From Geobacter sp. OR-1 (GTDB lineage Bacteria; Desulfobacterota; Desulfuromonadia; Geobacterales; DSM-12255): a stretch of DNA of 24,000 nt. Of the stretch, positions 23,554-24,000 are shown piece after piece (positions within the stretch are counted from its first letter, which is position 1; each line of letters begins with the position of its first letter). Location of the stretch: the NCBI RefSeq assembly GCF_000813145.1, contig NZ_BAZF01000011.1, positions 110,774-134,773 of the forward strand, read 5' to 3'. The translations under genes were made by a program, and so were the position numbers. The notes under the pieces were generated by a model. It saw only the letters and a program-made list of their open reading frames with translations. It was not told the DNA's origin and searched no databases.

Positions 23554-24000
23554 ATGAATGAAACCGAACTATATAAGAGCATTGTCGATGGAATGTACGA
23601 GGGGGTCTATTTCGTCGACCAGAACCGGAAGATTACCTTCTGGAACAAGGGGGCGGAACGGATCACCGGCTTCAGCGCCCAAGAGGTCCTGGGCAGCTCA
23701 TGTTCCGACAATATCCTGGTGCATATTGATGAATGCGGCAAGGGGCTCTGCATAATCAGCTGCCCTCTGATGGCCGCCATCCAGGAAAACTGCGGCCACA
23801 AGAATGACCAGGTGTTTCTTCATCACAAGAACGGGCAGCGGATTCCGGTGAGTATCAGCGTCTCGACTATCTGTGACGCTTCCGGCCAGCCGGTGGGGGC
23901 AGTGGAAGTCTTCTGGGAAAACCCCAGGCGCGATGTCGATGAGCAGTTGCTGGCAGACCTCAAGAAGGCGGCTCTCATTGACCAGTTGACCGGCCTCCCC
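23554..24000 (+). CDS. PAS-domain diguanylate cyclase (partial, continues past the right edge)
   Basis: My translation is MNETELYKSIVDGMYEGVYFVDQNRKITFWNKGAERITGFSAQEVLG...VEVFWENP...LIDQLTGLP. This is a PAS fold followed by the start of a GGDEF domain (DxLTGLPNR type). AAGGA lies upstream. The ORF is open to the window end, so it is absent from the ORF track. Confidence 0.8.
   Translation, partial: MNETELYKSIVDGMYEGVYFVDQNRKITFWNKGAERITGFSAQEVLGSSCSDNILVHIDECGKGLCIISCPLMAAIQENCGHKNDQVFLHHKNGQRIPVSISVSTICDASGQPVGAVEVFWENPRRDVDEQLLADLKKAALIDQLTGLP

Noticed and set aside
1-24000. CRISPR arrays, IS elements or transposases, integrases, rRNA genes and prophage genes.
   Set aside because: None is visible. 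There are no regularly spaced direct repeats and no DDE or tyrosine-recombinase-like ORFs. The only RNA gene found is tRNA-Cys.

Overview
High-GC bacterial chromosomal window. Its gene content looks like an anaerobic Desulfuromonadota/Geobacter-type organism; that is an inference from content, not a search result.

Gene order, left to right:
- Minus strand: a partial SAM-methyltransferase and a NifH-family ATPase behind a terminator-containing leader.
- Minus strand: a cysteine-biosynthesis unit (rrf2-cysK-yezD), divergent from an Isf-like iron-sulfur flavoprotein.
- Plus strand: a tandem-hotdog acyl-CoA thioesterase.
- Plus strand: a full-length glutamate synthase large subunit (gltB) with no adjacent gltD.
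- Plus strand: a compact module made of a Cys-rich MarR regulator, hgcA and hgcB. It ends at a bidirectional terminator shared with a convergent tRNA-Cys(GCA).
- Plus strand: a mosaic NADH:quinone oxidoreductase operon in the order nuoA, fused nuoBCD, AT-rich insertion, nuoE, periplasmic cytochrome c, DUF488, nuoF, V4R protein, GGDEF cyclase, nuoG, nuoH, PAS-GGDEF (partial at the window edge).

The most notable system is the hgcAB mercury-methylation pair. It is unusual here in three ways: HgcA has a roughly 90-residue N-terminal Cys/Pro-rich extension, the MarR upstream is thiol-rich, and a 13-bp palindrome (TTGCAyTTTGCAA) occurs three times at exactly the two promoter regions of the module.

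The second notable feature is the set of signalling and redox genes translationally coupled into the complex I operon.

I saw no CRISPR array, transposase or rRNA. Many long antisense ORFs in the track are high-GC artefacts.
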